A DNA stretch of 30,195 nucleotides. It comes from a virus (Duplodnaviria > Caudoviricetes). Where the stretch lies: IMG/VR virus record IMGVR_UViG_3300010043_000010, positions 1 to 30,195 of that record; one strand, written 5' to 3'. The notes under the pieces are model-generated. The model saw nothing but the letters and a program-made list of their open reading frames with translations. It made no database searches and had not been told where the DNA came from. Below, in pieces: positions 18,379 to 24,553 of this stretch (positions within the stretch are counted from its first letter, which is position 1; each line of letters starts with the position of its first letter). The position numbers and the translations under genes are program-made.

Positions 18379-18920
18379 AGGCACCCGAGCCGCCGCCGGC
18401 CCCGGAGATTGTCTGGTACGGCAGCCCGAACTTCTGGCATGGGCGGCCGAACGGCCCACCGATCGCGCTGGTGATCCACACGATGGGCGGCACGCTCGCG
18501 GGCTGTGACTCCTGGTTTGGCCAGTCGATGTCGCAGGTCAGTGCACACTATGGTGTCGGGTTGGGCGGCGCCATCCACCAGTACGTCCAGCTTGGCGATC
18601 GGGCCTGGGCCAACGGAGTGCTCGAGACTGGCAACCTCTGGCCTGGGCCCGACCACGTCAACCCGAACGACCTGACCGTGAGCGTCGAGACCGAGGACCT
18701 GGGCAATGGCAGCCAGCCGGTGACCGACGAGGAGTACGAGAGCACGCTCTACGCGTGCCAGCAGGCGATGAGTGCCTACCCCGAGACCATCGAGTGGCTG
18801 CTGAGCCACGACGACATCAGCCCGAGCTCGCGGCCCAATTGTTGCGGAGACAGGTGGAAGGAATCGGGGCGGTTCGTGAATCTCGCGCTTGCCCTGGGAT
18901 TGGGGACCGTTTCTTCGTGA
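18333..18920 (+). CDS. Endolysin, N-acetylmuramoyl-L-alanine amidase (Amidase_2 type); probably reached by -1 frameshift from the 18196 ORF
   Basis: SPNF...LVIHT, VSAHY, AWANG, SVETE, LSHDDI...NCCG Zn-amidase motifs. The GTG at 18333 has no RBS. Confidence 0.88.
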   Translation: MDRGGQPDQPDPFRVKAPEPPPAPEIVWYGSPNFWHGRPNGPPIALVIHTMGGTLAGCDSWFGQSMSQVSAHYGVGLGGAIHQYVQLGDRAWANGVLETGNLWPGPDHVNPNDLTVSVETEDLGNGSQPVTDEEYESTLYACQQAMSAYPETIEWLLSHDDISPSSRPNCCGDRWKESGRFVNLALALGLGTVSS

Positions 18921-19063
18921 ACCTGGCGTTACCGTCGATCACCGTGGGCTGGATCCTGGCTCTGCTGGTGCTGATCCTGTGTGTCGTGTTCATGGCCATC
19001 GGCCGCATCGACATCGTGCCCGGCGGGCTCATCGCGGGCGTCGCGCTCGCGCGGCTGCTCTGA
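18917..19063 (+). CDS. Putative holin (48 aa, two hydrophobic segments)
   Basis: GTGA overlap with the lysin stop; hydrophobic stretches ITVGWILALLVLILCVVFMAI and GGLIAGVALARLL. Confidence 0.6.
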   Translation: MNLALPSITVGWILALLVLILCVVFMAIGRIDIVPGGLIAGVALARLL

Positions 19064-19068
19064 CAACG

Positions 19069-19103
19069 AAAAACCCCGCCACCGAAGGGAATCGATGGCG
19101 GGG
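19069..19103 (-). terminator. Intrinsic terminator of the leftward operon (possibly bidirectional)
   Basis: Stem CCCCGCCA/TGGCGGGG with AAAAA on its left, giving a U-tract on the minus strand; lies between convergent genes. Confidence 0.75.
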
Positions 19104-19125
19104 CTGTGCGGGGGGAAAAGAACGG

Positions 19126-19446
19126 CTACGGGTATCCGTATCTGTTGACCGTGTAGGGCGTGTAACTCGGTGAGGAGTAGGTGTAATAGGTGTAGTTGCC
19201 GATGGTGTTCGAGGAGGCGTAGCTGGTGCCGCCATATGGCGACGTGTACGTGTAGTAGGTGTAGCTGCCGATGCGCTGGGCATAGCCAGAGCTGCCGTCC
19301 GAGCACGAGGCATAGGCGTAGCTGCTGCCGATGCTGGTGCTGTAGCAACTGTAGGCCGAGGCCGTTACAGGTGCGACAAGGCTGGCGACCAGCGCCCCGA
19401 GAACTAACGCGAAAGCGACTGAACGACGGTAGAGTCGAAGATGCAT
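19126..19446 (-). CDS. Secreted Tyr/Ser-rich protein (106 aa, Sec signal peptide)
   Basis: aagggag RBS; basic n-region, hydrophobic h-region and ASA cleavage motif; repeats IGSSYAY/IGSYTYYTY/IGNYTYYTY. Confidence 0.8.
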   Translation of the reverse strand: MHLRLYRRSVAFALVLGALVASLVAPVTASAYSCYSTSIGSSYAYASCSDGSSGYAQRIGSYTYYTYTSPYGGTSYASSNTIGNYTYYTYSSPSYTPYTVNRYGYP

Positions 19447-19571
19447 GACGAAGTCTCCCTTCGTTGTGCCAGGGGCGGGCCGTTTGGCGCGGTGCCGCCC
19501 CAAGAGTGGGGATGAGTCAGTTTACGGGAACGGGCTGCGTCTGAGCGTTCCGGTTCAGTAACAGCTCGCTA

Positions 19572-19603
19572 CCAATCGCGCTAACACGATTTAGGTCTAT
19601 CAA
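19572..19603 (+). repeat. dif-like 13-6-13 site A
   Basis: CCAATCGCGCTAA-cacgat-TTAGGTCTATCAA; overlaps the stop codon of the 19600 gene. Confidence 0.7.
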
Positions 19604-19986
19604 GCCGACTGGTACGACTCGCTGAAAGCGTCGGCTAATGCCTGCAATCGGCGGTCCCATTCGGCGTGCCACTCGTCCAATTGGCCGTATGTCATCGGAT
19701 AGAGCGTGTCGGGTGTACCCGGCTGGCCGCGCTCATGCCAGCGCAGAAACTCTCGGGCTGTATCGAGAACCGCCCGCAGTCGCCCGATCTCGGCCTGGAG
19801 ATTCTCAATTTCGATCTGCCAGATCTTGCCGCGAGTGACTGACCAATCGTAACCCTTGGTGAGCCGCTCGTTCTCGGCGCGGAGTTCGGTGAGTTCTGTC
19901 CGCTGGTCTTTACCATCCTCACGTTCTCGTTCGAGCGCGAACTCTAGCGCCTGATTCTCGGCACGGAGCCGTTCGTTGTCAGTCAT
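19600..19986 (-). CDS. Cassette gene 1: coiled-coil hypothetical protein (128 aa)
   Basis: ATG at 19986 (alternative TTG at 20007); LRAENQAL/LRAENERL repeats. Confidence 0.75.
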   Translation of the reverse strand: MTDNERLRAENQALEFALEREREDGKDQRTELTELRAENERLTKGYDWSVTRGKIWQIEIENLQAEIGRLRAVLDTAREFLRWHERGQPGTPDTLYPMTYGQLDEWHAEWDRRLQALADAFSESYQSA

Positions 19987-20007
19987 ATCGGCACTTAGGT
20001 CTATCAA
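19976..20007 (+). repeat. dif-like 13-6-13 site B
   Basis: TTGTCAGTCATAT-cggcac-TTAGGTCTATCAA. Confidence 0.75.
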
Positions 20008-20016
20008 ACGTAGCTG

Positions 20017-20262
20017 TCACTGGCGCCAGCCCAACATGCGACGGGTACGTATGACGGCTTCCTGAAGCTGTTCAATTTCCTGTTCCACGTTCAGCGGCTG
20101 TTCGACCCCATCGACCCGCACCGTCGCACCCCCCGCCGGGCCACCTAACGCGGCGCGCATACGCTGTAGCGCAACAAATGCCGTTGCAGCACTCGTCAGG
20201 CGTTCTAGATCCTCGCGCGGGATCTCCACTTTGTCAGACCTAACCACAATTAGCTCACTCAA
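20017..20262 (-). CDS. Cassette gene 2: hypothetical protein (~81 aa)
   Basis: ORF between sites B and C; the start (TTG 20262 or GTG 20247) lies inside site C. Confidence 0.65.
   Translation of the reverse strand: MSELIVVRSDKVEIPREDLERLTSAATAFVALQRMRAALGGPAGGATVRVDGVEQPLNVEQEIEQLQEAVIRTRRMLGWRQ
20231..20262 (+). repeat. dif-like 13-6-13 site C
   Basis: TTGTCAGACCTAA-ccacaa-TTAGCTCACTCAA. Confidence 0.75.
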
Positions 20263-20546
20263 GCGATCCAGCCGCGCTTGCGCATCTCAGCGAACCCAGA
20301 TCTTAGATAGGCCGCTTCGAACGGTGTGACATCGCCGCATCGTTGGCAGCGACAGCCGATGATCGCGTCCTTCGGCATCGTGGCCAGGACGCTTTCGTGA
20401 AGGTGGTCGATATTCCCGCAGCCCGAACATTGGATGTCAAGCATGTGGCTACCGTCGTGGCATGCGGGCGTCAGTGGCGTCGGAGTCTTGCCCGCATAGT
20501 TCGGGTTTTCCACGAAGCGGTGATGCTTGTTTGATCTAACTGCCAT
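20259..20546 (-). CDS. Cassette gene 3: Zn-ribbon-like hypothetical protein (95 aa)
   Basis: ATG at 20546 overlaps the upstream TAA, with a ggaggg RBS; CSGC...CQRC motifs. Confidence 0.75.
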   Translation of the reverse strand: MAVRSNKHHRFVENPNYAGKTPTPLTPACHDGSHMLDIQCSGCGNIDHLHESVLATMPKDAIIGCRCQRCGDVTPFEAAYLRSGFAEMRKRGWIA

Positions 20547-20558
20547 TAGTTTCCCTCC
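20527..20558 (+). repeat. dif-like 13-6-13 site D
   Basis: TTGTTTGATCTAA-ctgcca-TTAGTTTCCCTCC. Confidence 0.65.
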
Positions 20559-20911
20559 ACCCAGGCGAGCCACTTGTCGGCGAGCATGAGCACGTGCTCG
20601 GAGCGTACGTCCTGATGGGTCTGGCTCATGGCACCCAGGAAGGAAGCTGCGGCGCTGAGCACGGCCAGTCGCGTCGCCCGCTCGTCGAGCTGCGCTGACG
20701 CCACCTGAACGCTCGAGCTCGCAGATCCGCTGTCGACATGCACCAGGTCGCGGATAAAGCCCTTGGCATCGATCTCTACCCGCACGTGCGCGCCCGGCGG
20801 CGGTAGGGCCACCGGGCGGAACTTGCTGACGTTGAACCATTCGCCGTTCAGGCGCAGGCCGGTCGGGTTGGTCTGCTCGACCGTGCCCTCGACGGTGCTC
20901 GACGGGGTCAT
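20546..20911 (-). CDS. Hypothetical protein, possible OB-fold ssDNA-binding protein (121 aa)
   Basis: ATGA overlap; beta-rich N-domain (GLRLNGEWFNVSK...GAHVRVEID.KGFI) plus a helical C-domain. Function is inferred. Confidence 0.55.
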   Translation of the reverse strand: MTPSSTVEGTVEQTNPTGLRLNGEWFNVSKFRPVALPPPGAHVRVEIDAKGFIRDLVHVDSGSASSSVQVASAQLDERATRLAVLSAAASFLGAMSQTHQDVRSEHVLMLADKWLAWVEGN

Positions 20912-21114
20912 GGTCGACTGGGCTCCCAGCACTTCATGTGGATGAAGCTGCCGTCCTGTTCGCGGTAGAAACGCTGCTCGTAACCGATCTTGTCCGCGCA
21001 ACCCGCGCAGTTGCGATCAGCCATGGCGCGCGTGGCGGCACAGTCAGTGTGCTCGCACGTGTCTTTGCAGGGTCCGTACTCCGTGCCTGGGCGAGGGAGA
21101 CTCGAGGCGGCCAT
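20908..21114 (-). CDS. Cys/His-rich Zn-finger-like protein (68 aa)
   Basis: TGATG coupling; CKDTCEHTDC...CAGC...HMKC. Confidence 0.7.
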   Translation of the reverse strand: MAASSLPRPGTEYGPCKDTCEHTDCAATRAMADRNCAGCADKIGYEQRFYREQDGSFIHMKCWEPSRP

Positions 21115-21461
21115 CAGAGCGCGGCCTCGACGATGACCTGCGGGCCAATCTTGCCTTCGCCGGGGAAGCGCACGGGCTCGACGCCCATCAGCTTGTCGCG
21201 GCAACGGTCGCACAGCGTCTCGTAGTTGCGCGGCGTGAGTCGGTCGCACAGCGGCGTCTTGCACAGACGGATGCTGCCCTCGAGCAGGGCATGGACCGTC
21301 TCCATCGGGTCGCGCGAGGTGATCGCGTGCACGTCCGAGAAGTTGATTTCCGAGCCGCCCCACATGGTGGGCTCGATGTTGCGCACCAGCGCGGGATTGA
21401 CGGTCACCACATGGCCCGCCGCGCGACCGCGGATGCGCCTGAACAACGGTACGCTAATCAT
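21114..21461 (-). CDS. FlbD-like N-domain plus C-terminal Zn finger (115 aa)
   Basis: gaggtg RBS before the ATG at 21461; 'VTVNPALVRNIE...INFSD...DPMETVHALL' and CKTPLC...CDRC. An earlier start at GTG 21545 is possible. Confidence 0.6.
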   Translation of the reverse strand: MISVPLFRRIRGRAAGHVVTVNPALVRNIEPTMWGGSEINFSDVHAITSRDPMETVHALLEGSIRLCKTPLCDRLTPRNYETLCDRCRDKLMGVEPVRFPGEGKIGPQVIVEAAL

Positions 21462-21498
21462 TGGGGTCTTCACCTCTTGTACAGGTGTTGGCTTCCAA

Positions 21499-21538
21499 GG
21501 CCCGTCCGCGTTGCTGCGCGGGCGGGTCTGTTTGTTCT
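21499..21538 (+). terminator. Putative rightward intrinsic terminator just left of attP
   Basis: 12-bp stem GGCCCGTCCGCG/CGCGGGCGGGTC (two G-U pairs) followed by tgtttgttct. Confidence 0.5.
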
Positions 21539-21552
21539 CAGCCACGTACACT

Positions 21553-21561
21553 AGTATAGCA
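21553..21561 (-). promoter_or_regulatory. Extended -10 promoter for the leftward accessory operon
   Basis: The minus strand reads TGcTATACT (TGnTAnnnT) in an AT-rich intergenic patch. Confidence 0.55.
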
Positions 21562-21567
21562 TCCCTG

Positions 21568-21618
21568 TATAGCGAATTAGTACCCATTGATTGCTCGGTG
21601 GTGTACTATTCGCACTAT
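21568..21618. other. Candidate attP for the serine integrase
   Basis: Imperfect dyad about TG at 21592-21593; arms read outward aTCaaTGGgtactaATTCGC / cTCggTGGtgtactATTCGC. Directly upstream of int. Confidence 0.6.
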
Positions 21619-21619
21619 T

Positions 21620-22996
21620 GTGACACAGTCCGCATTGAGCACCGAGGCCCTCCGGCCTGCGATCGGCATCGTTCGCGTCTCGCGCGTGGGCGATCGCGAA
21701 GCCGACCACTTCTTTTCGCCTCAGGACCAGAAGGCGCGCATGACCGCTGCCGCTCTGCCGAACGGCCTGAACGTTATCGAGTGGATCGAGGAGCTGGATG
21801 TCTCGGCTGGCTTGCCGCTGCGGCGACGCCGCGGCTTGCGACGAGGACTCGAGTTGATCGAGCTCGGCACGGCCCAGGTGCTGCTGGTGGCCTATTTCGA
21901 TCGCCTCGTGCGCAATCTGGGCGTCCAATACGAATTGTTCGAGCGCGTCCAGAAAGCGGGCGGCGCGGTCTATACGGCCGACGTGGGAGAGATGCGTATC
22001 GATACGCCGGCGGCCTGGCTTTCGTCCACCGTGCTGGGCACATTCGCCGAGTATTACCGACGTATGGCGGCTGAGCGGACCAGCGCACCGAAGAAACTCG
22101 CCGTGGAACGCGGCGTGCCGCCGTTCCCGAAGATCCCGCCGGGCTATCGTCGAGCGGCTGATGGGCGGCTTGAGGTCCACGAGGCTGAGGCAGCGGTGGT
22201 GCATAAAGCGTTCGAGATGCGCGCGCGCGGCGAACCCCTGCTGACCATTCGCGACTATCTGGCCAGTAAGGGCATCAAGCGGACCTACCGCGGGACGCAG
22301 GATCTGCTCGAGTCGAGGATCGTGCTCGGCGAACTGCACTTCGGTAAGCTGGCCAATCTCACAGCGCACACTCCGATCGTTGAGCTCAGCCTGTGGAAGC
22401 AGGCAGAACGCGCGCGCGCAACCGCCGGACGACGGACGACGACGCCGCGATTGCTGGCCCGACTGGGCGTGCTGCGCTGCGGAGGTTGTGGGTCGGCGCT
22501 GACCTGCACGCTGATCGCCAATGGGCAGGGCAAACGCTTCCCCTTCTATCGGTGCGGCATGCCAGCCGATTGCACGGGACGTGTATCGATCTCGGCCCCA
22601 CTCGCCGAAGAGCGCGTCGTCGCGCGGGTGCGCCAAGAGTTGCGGGACTCGTACGGGTCGGCATCCACTGATGCGCGCCTGGCTGAGGCCGAGCGGCACC
22701 TTGAGCACTGCGAAGCCGAACTCGATGCAGCCATCGACGTGCTGGCGCCCGTCAAGGATCGGCCATCCGCGCGGCGCCGGCTCGAGGACCTCCAGACGGC
22801 CGTCACGTCCGCGCAGGACGCCGTCGCGCGGTTACGCCCTGCGGCGACGGTGGCGCGGCGGTACAGTGCCGTCGGAGACTGGGATCGACTCAGCTTCGAG
22901 GCTCGGCGGGCGTTGGTTCGCGCGGTGCTTCGGGCGGCGATCGTGCGCAAGGGACGGGGCGCTGATCGCATCAGCTTCGAGGTCTTCGAGCAGTAG
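21620..22996 (+). CDS. int: Large serine recombinase (integrase)
   Basis: Resolvase domain IVRVS and DRLVR, recombinase domain (PPGYR), Zn ribbon CGGCG...YRC...C, coiled coil. Start uncertain (21587, 21620 or 21635). Confidence 0.93.
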   Translation: MTQSALSTEALRPAIGIVRVSRVGDREADHFFSPQDQKARMTAAALPNGLNVIEWIEELDVSAGLPLRRRRGLRRGLELIELGTAQVLLVAYFDRLVRNLGVQYELFERVQKAGGAVYTADVGEMRIDTPAAWLSSTVLGTFAEYYRRMAAERTSAPKKLAVERGVPPFPKIPPGYRRAADGRLEVHEAEAAVVHKAFEMRARGEPLLTIRDYLASKGIKRTYRGTQDLLESRIVLGELHFGKLANLTAHTPIVELSLWKQAERARATAGRRTTTPRLLARLGVLRCGGCGSALTCTLIANGQGKRFPFYRCGMPADCTGRVSISAPLAEERVVARVRQELRDSYGSASTDARLAEAERHLEHCEAELDAAIDVLAPVKDRPSARRRLEDLQTAVTSAQDAVARLRPAATVARRYSAVGDWDRLSFEARRALVRAVLRAAIVRKGRGADRISFEVFEQ

Positions 22997-23059
22997 CCGC
23001 TGAGCTTCGCGATCCAGGATGTGCTGGACTTCGCGTTGCACCCGTTCGGGCAGAGACAT
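22832..23059 (-). CDS. Small protein overlapping the int 3' end (candidate directionality factor)
   Basis: Amphipathic N-terminal helix MSLPERVQREVQHILDREAQRLLL; last gene of the leftward repressor operon. Confidence 0.45.
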   Translation of the reverse strand: MSLPERVQREVQHILDREAQRLLLEDLEADAISAPSLAHDRRPKHRANQRPPSLEAESIPVSDGTVPPRHRRRRA

Positions 23060-23103
23060 CGCCCACCAGTCTCGGCCGCGCGCCGTGCGGCTAAACAGCC
23101 TAA

Positions 23104-23940
23104 TCAGGGGTCAAATGGTGGGTCAAAGAGTCCGGGCTGGTTCCGCCGCCGCTCGAGCCACTCGAGCAGGTCCTCGCGGGTGTTCAGATGCACCAGACGC
23201 GAGGCGCCGTCGCGCACCGGGACCATGATCCAGCGCACGCCGGGCTGGACGTTCAGCACGTCAGGGTCCTGGCCTGGCGGCGCGCGCAGCTCGCCCAGCG
23301 GCTCGATGACGGTGTAGAACGTGTCGCTTTCGGGGCCGTAGCGGCAGTGAGCGTGGGCGGGCAGCCGGCGGCCGTCGCTCGCCTCATAGTGCGTATCGCG
23401 CAGGTCGACGGCTTCGACGCAGCCGCGGCGCAGTTGCTGGAGCAGCTCGCTGCGCTCGGGGTTGAGCGGTGCTGAGGGCCGCAGGGCCAGCATCCACGCC
23501 TTGTCGAGCAGGTCCTCGGGCGCATAGAGCAGGGCCGAGCAGAGCGAGGCCGAGACCCACAGCAGCTCGCACGGCGGCTCGGCCTCGCTGAGCACCACCA
23601 GGCGACCAGGGGGAATCAGCGGCCAGCCGAAGCCGTAGGCCTCCAGGTAGGCCTTCAGCGTGGGTTTGGTGCGGCCGATCGCGGCGCAGAACGACTCCTT
23701 CGTAGCCGGGCGCCTGGTGGTGCGATGGTGCACGGCTGCGTGGCGCTCGAAAGCAGCAAGGAGTTGCTGCGGGCTGAGGGTCCTCCCCGATCGGCCCCCC
23801 TTCCCATCCCGCGGCGTCTCCGAATGGATCGGATCCACTGGGGTAGTTGCCTGGGAAAACTTTGCGAAGGATAACGGAAGCTCTTGCCTCAAGGAAAGGT
23901 AAAGACTTCGCGCACGTTTGCCGGCATGCCGGCGCGCCAC
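23104..23940 (-). CDS. HTH plus PAS-domain regulatory protein
   Basis: HTH-like KESFCAAIGRTKPTLKAYLEAYG; PAS-like LLWVSASLCSALLYAPEDLLDK...DGRRLP. Start uncertain. Confidence 0.65.
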   Translation of the reverse strand: MARRHAGKRARSLYLSLRQELPLSFAKFSQATTPVDPIHSETPRDGKGGRSGRTLSPQQLLAAFERHAAVHHRTTRRPATKESFCAAIGRTKPTLKAYLEAYGFGWPLIPPGRLVVLSEAEPPCELLWVSASLCSALLYAPEDLLDKAWMLALRPSAPLNPERSELLQQLRRGCVEAVDLRDTHYEASDGRRLPAHAHCRYGPESDTFYTVIEPLGELRAPPGQDPDVLNVQPGVRWIMVPVRDGASRLVHLNTREDLLEWLERRRNQPGLFDPPFDP

Positions 23941-23973
23941 TGTGGTATGGCTATCGTACGGTAGCCGGCCGTC

Positions 23974-24195
23974 TCACGATGGCGGGCGCTGCAGATCGGC
24001 GGGCGTGCACTTGAGCGCTTTGGCCAGCTTGCGCACGCTCAGGCGGCGGATGTTCAGGCCGCGTTCGCCGCGGGCGACGGTGGCGCGCCCGACCCCGGCC
24101 AGCTCGGCGAGATCATCTTGAGACAGTGCGACCTCATCACGTTTCGCTTTGAGGCCAGGCACCAACACGTCCCTAGATGTTGGGTACTGAGCCAT
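23974..24195 (-). CDS. XRE-family HTH repressor
   Basis: LKAKRDEVALSQDDLAELAGVGRATVARGERG...KLAKALK; ATG at 24195 (alternative GTG at 24234). Confidence 0.88.
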   Translation of the reverse strand: MAQYPTSRDVLVPGLKAKRDEVALSQDDLAELAGVGRATVARGERGLNIRRLSVRKLAKALKCTPADLQRPPS

Positions 24196-24358
24196 TAGAT
24201 GAACAGGACTTCTAGCGCTTGTCTGAAGTGTCACTACGGACCAACAAGTGTACTACTCGTGTCAATCGGCCGGGCCGGCGGCGCGCGCCATTTGGCCCCA
24301 CATTTGGCCCCGGATTTCACTGTTTAGCCACACGTCGGCGGGTCCACACTGCCGAGCT
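24196..24358. promoter_or_regulatory. Divergent immunity control region with direct repeats
   Basis: AAGTGT(C)ACTAC twice (24226, 24246) and tandem CATTTGGCCCC twice (24289, 24301), between divergent regulators. Confidence 0.55.
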
Positions 24359-24550
24359 ATGTCTCGGGAAGCCGTTACGGACGCCGACGAGGAGCTGTTC
24401 CGCTTCCAGGTGGTGATCCGCCTCAGCAAGTGGCACAAGATCCAGGACATCGCGCAGAAGCGGCGGCGCGCCCCGCGCGACGAGGCCGCGATCCTGCTCG
24501 AGGCTGCCGCGGACGCCGAGGCGGCCAAGCCTGTCGGTCGAGTGGCCTAG
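24359..24550 (+). CDS. Ribbon-helix-helix (Arc/CopG-like) regulator, positional Cro analogue
   Basis: RFQVVIR strand followed by two helices; first gene of the rightward early operon. Confidence 0.6.
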   Translation: MSREAVTDADEELFRFQVVIRLSKWHKIQDIAQKRRRAPRDEAAILLEAAADAEAAKPVGRVA

Positions 24551-24553
24551 GCC

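Noticed and set aside
19540-19605. c-di-GMP-I riboswitch-like stretch (CCTAA...GGTAGC on the minus strand)
   Set aside because: The P1/GCAAA and GNRA elements are missing, and the CTAA is explained by site A.
19572-20558. Classical integron (attC/IntI) reading of the cassette array
   Set aside because: GTTRRRY-like cores occur in sites C and D, but there are no long attC hairpins and no IntI gene. The 13-6-13 dyads fit dif-type double-stranded sites better.
24176-24207. Possible fifth dif-like site (TTAGATGAACAGG) at the repressor start; also ctaa-acagcc-taat at 23091
   Set aside because: Only a partial single arm in each case, with no matching partner arm at 6-bp spacing.
24260-24265. Perfect TTGACA -35 on the minus strand
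   Set aside because: No -10 hexamer at 16-18 bp spacing, so it was not called as a promoter.
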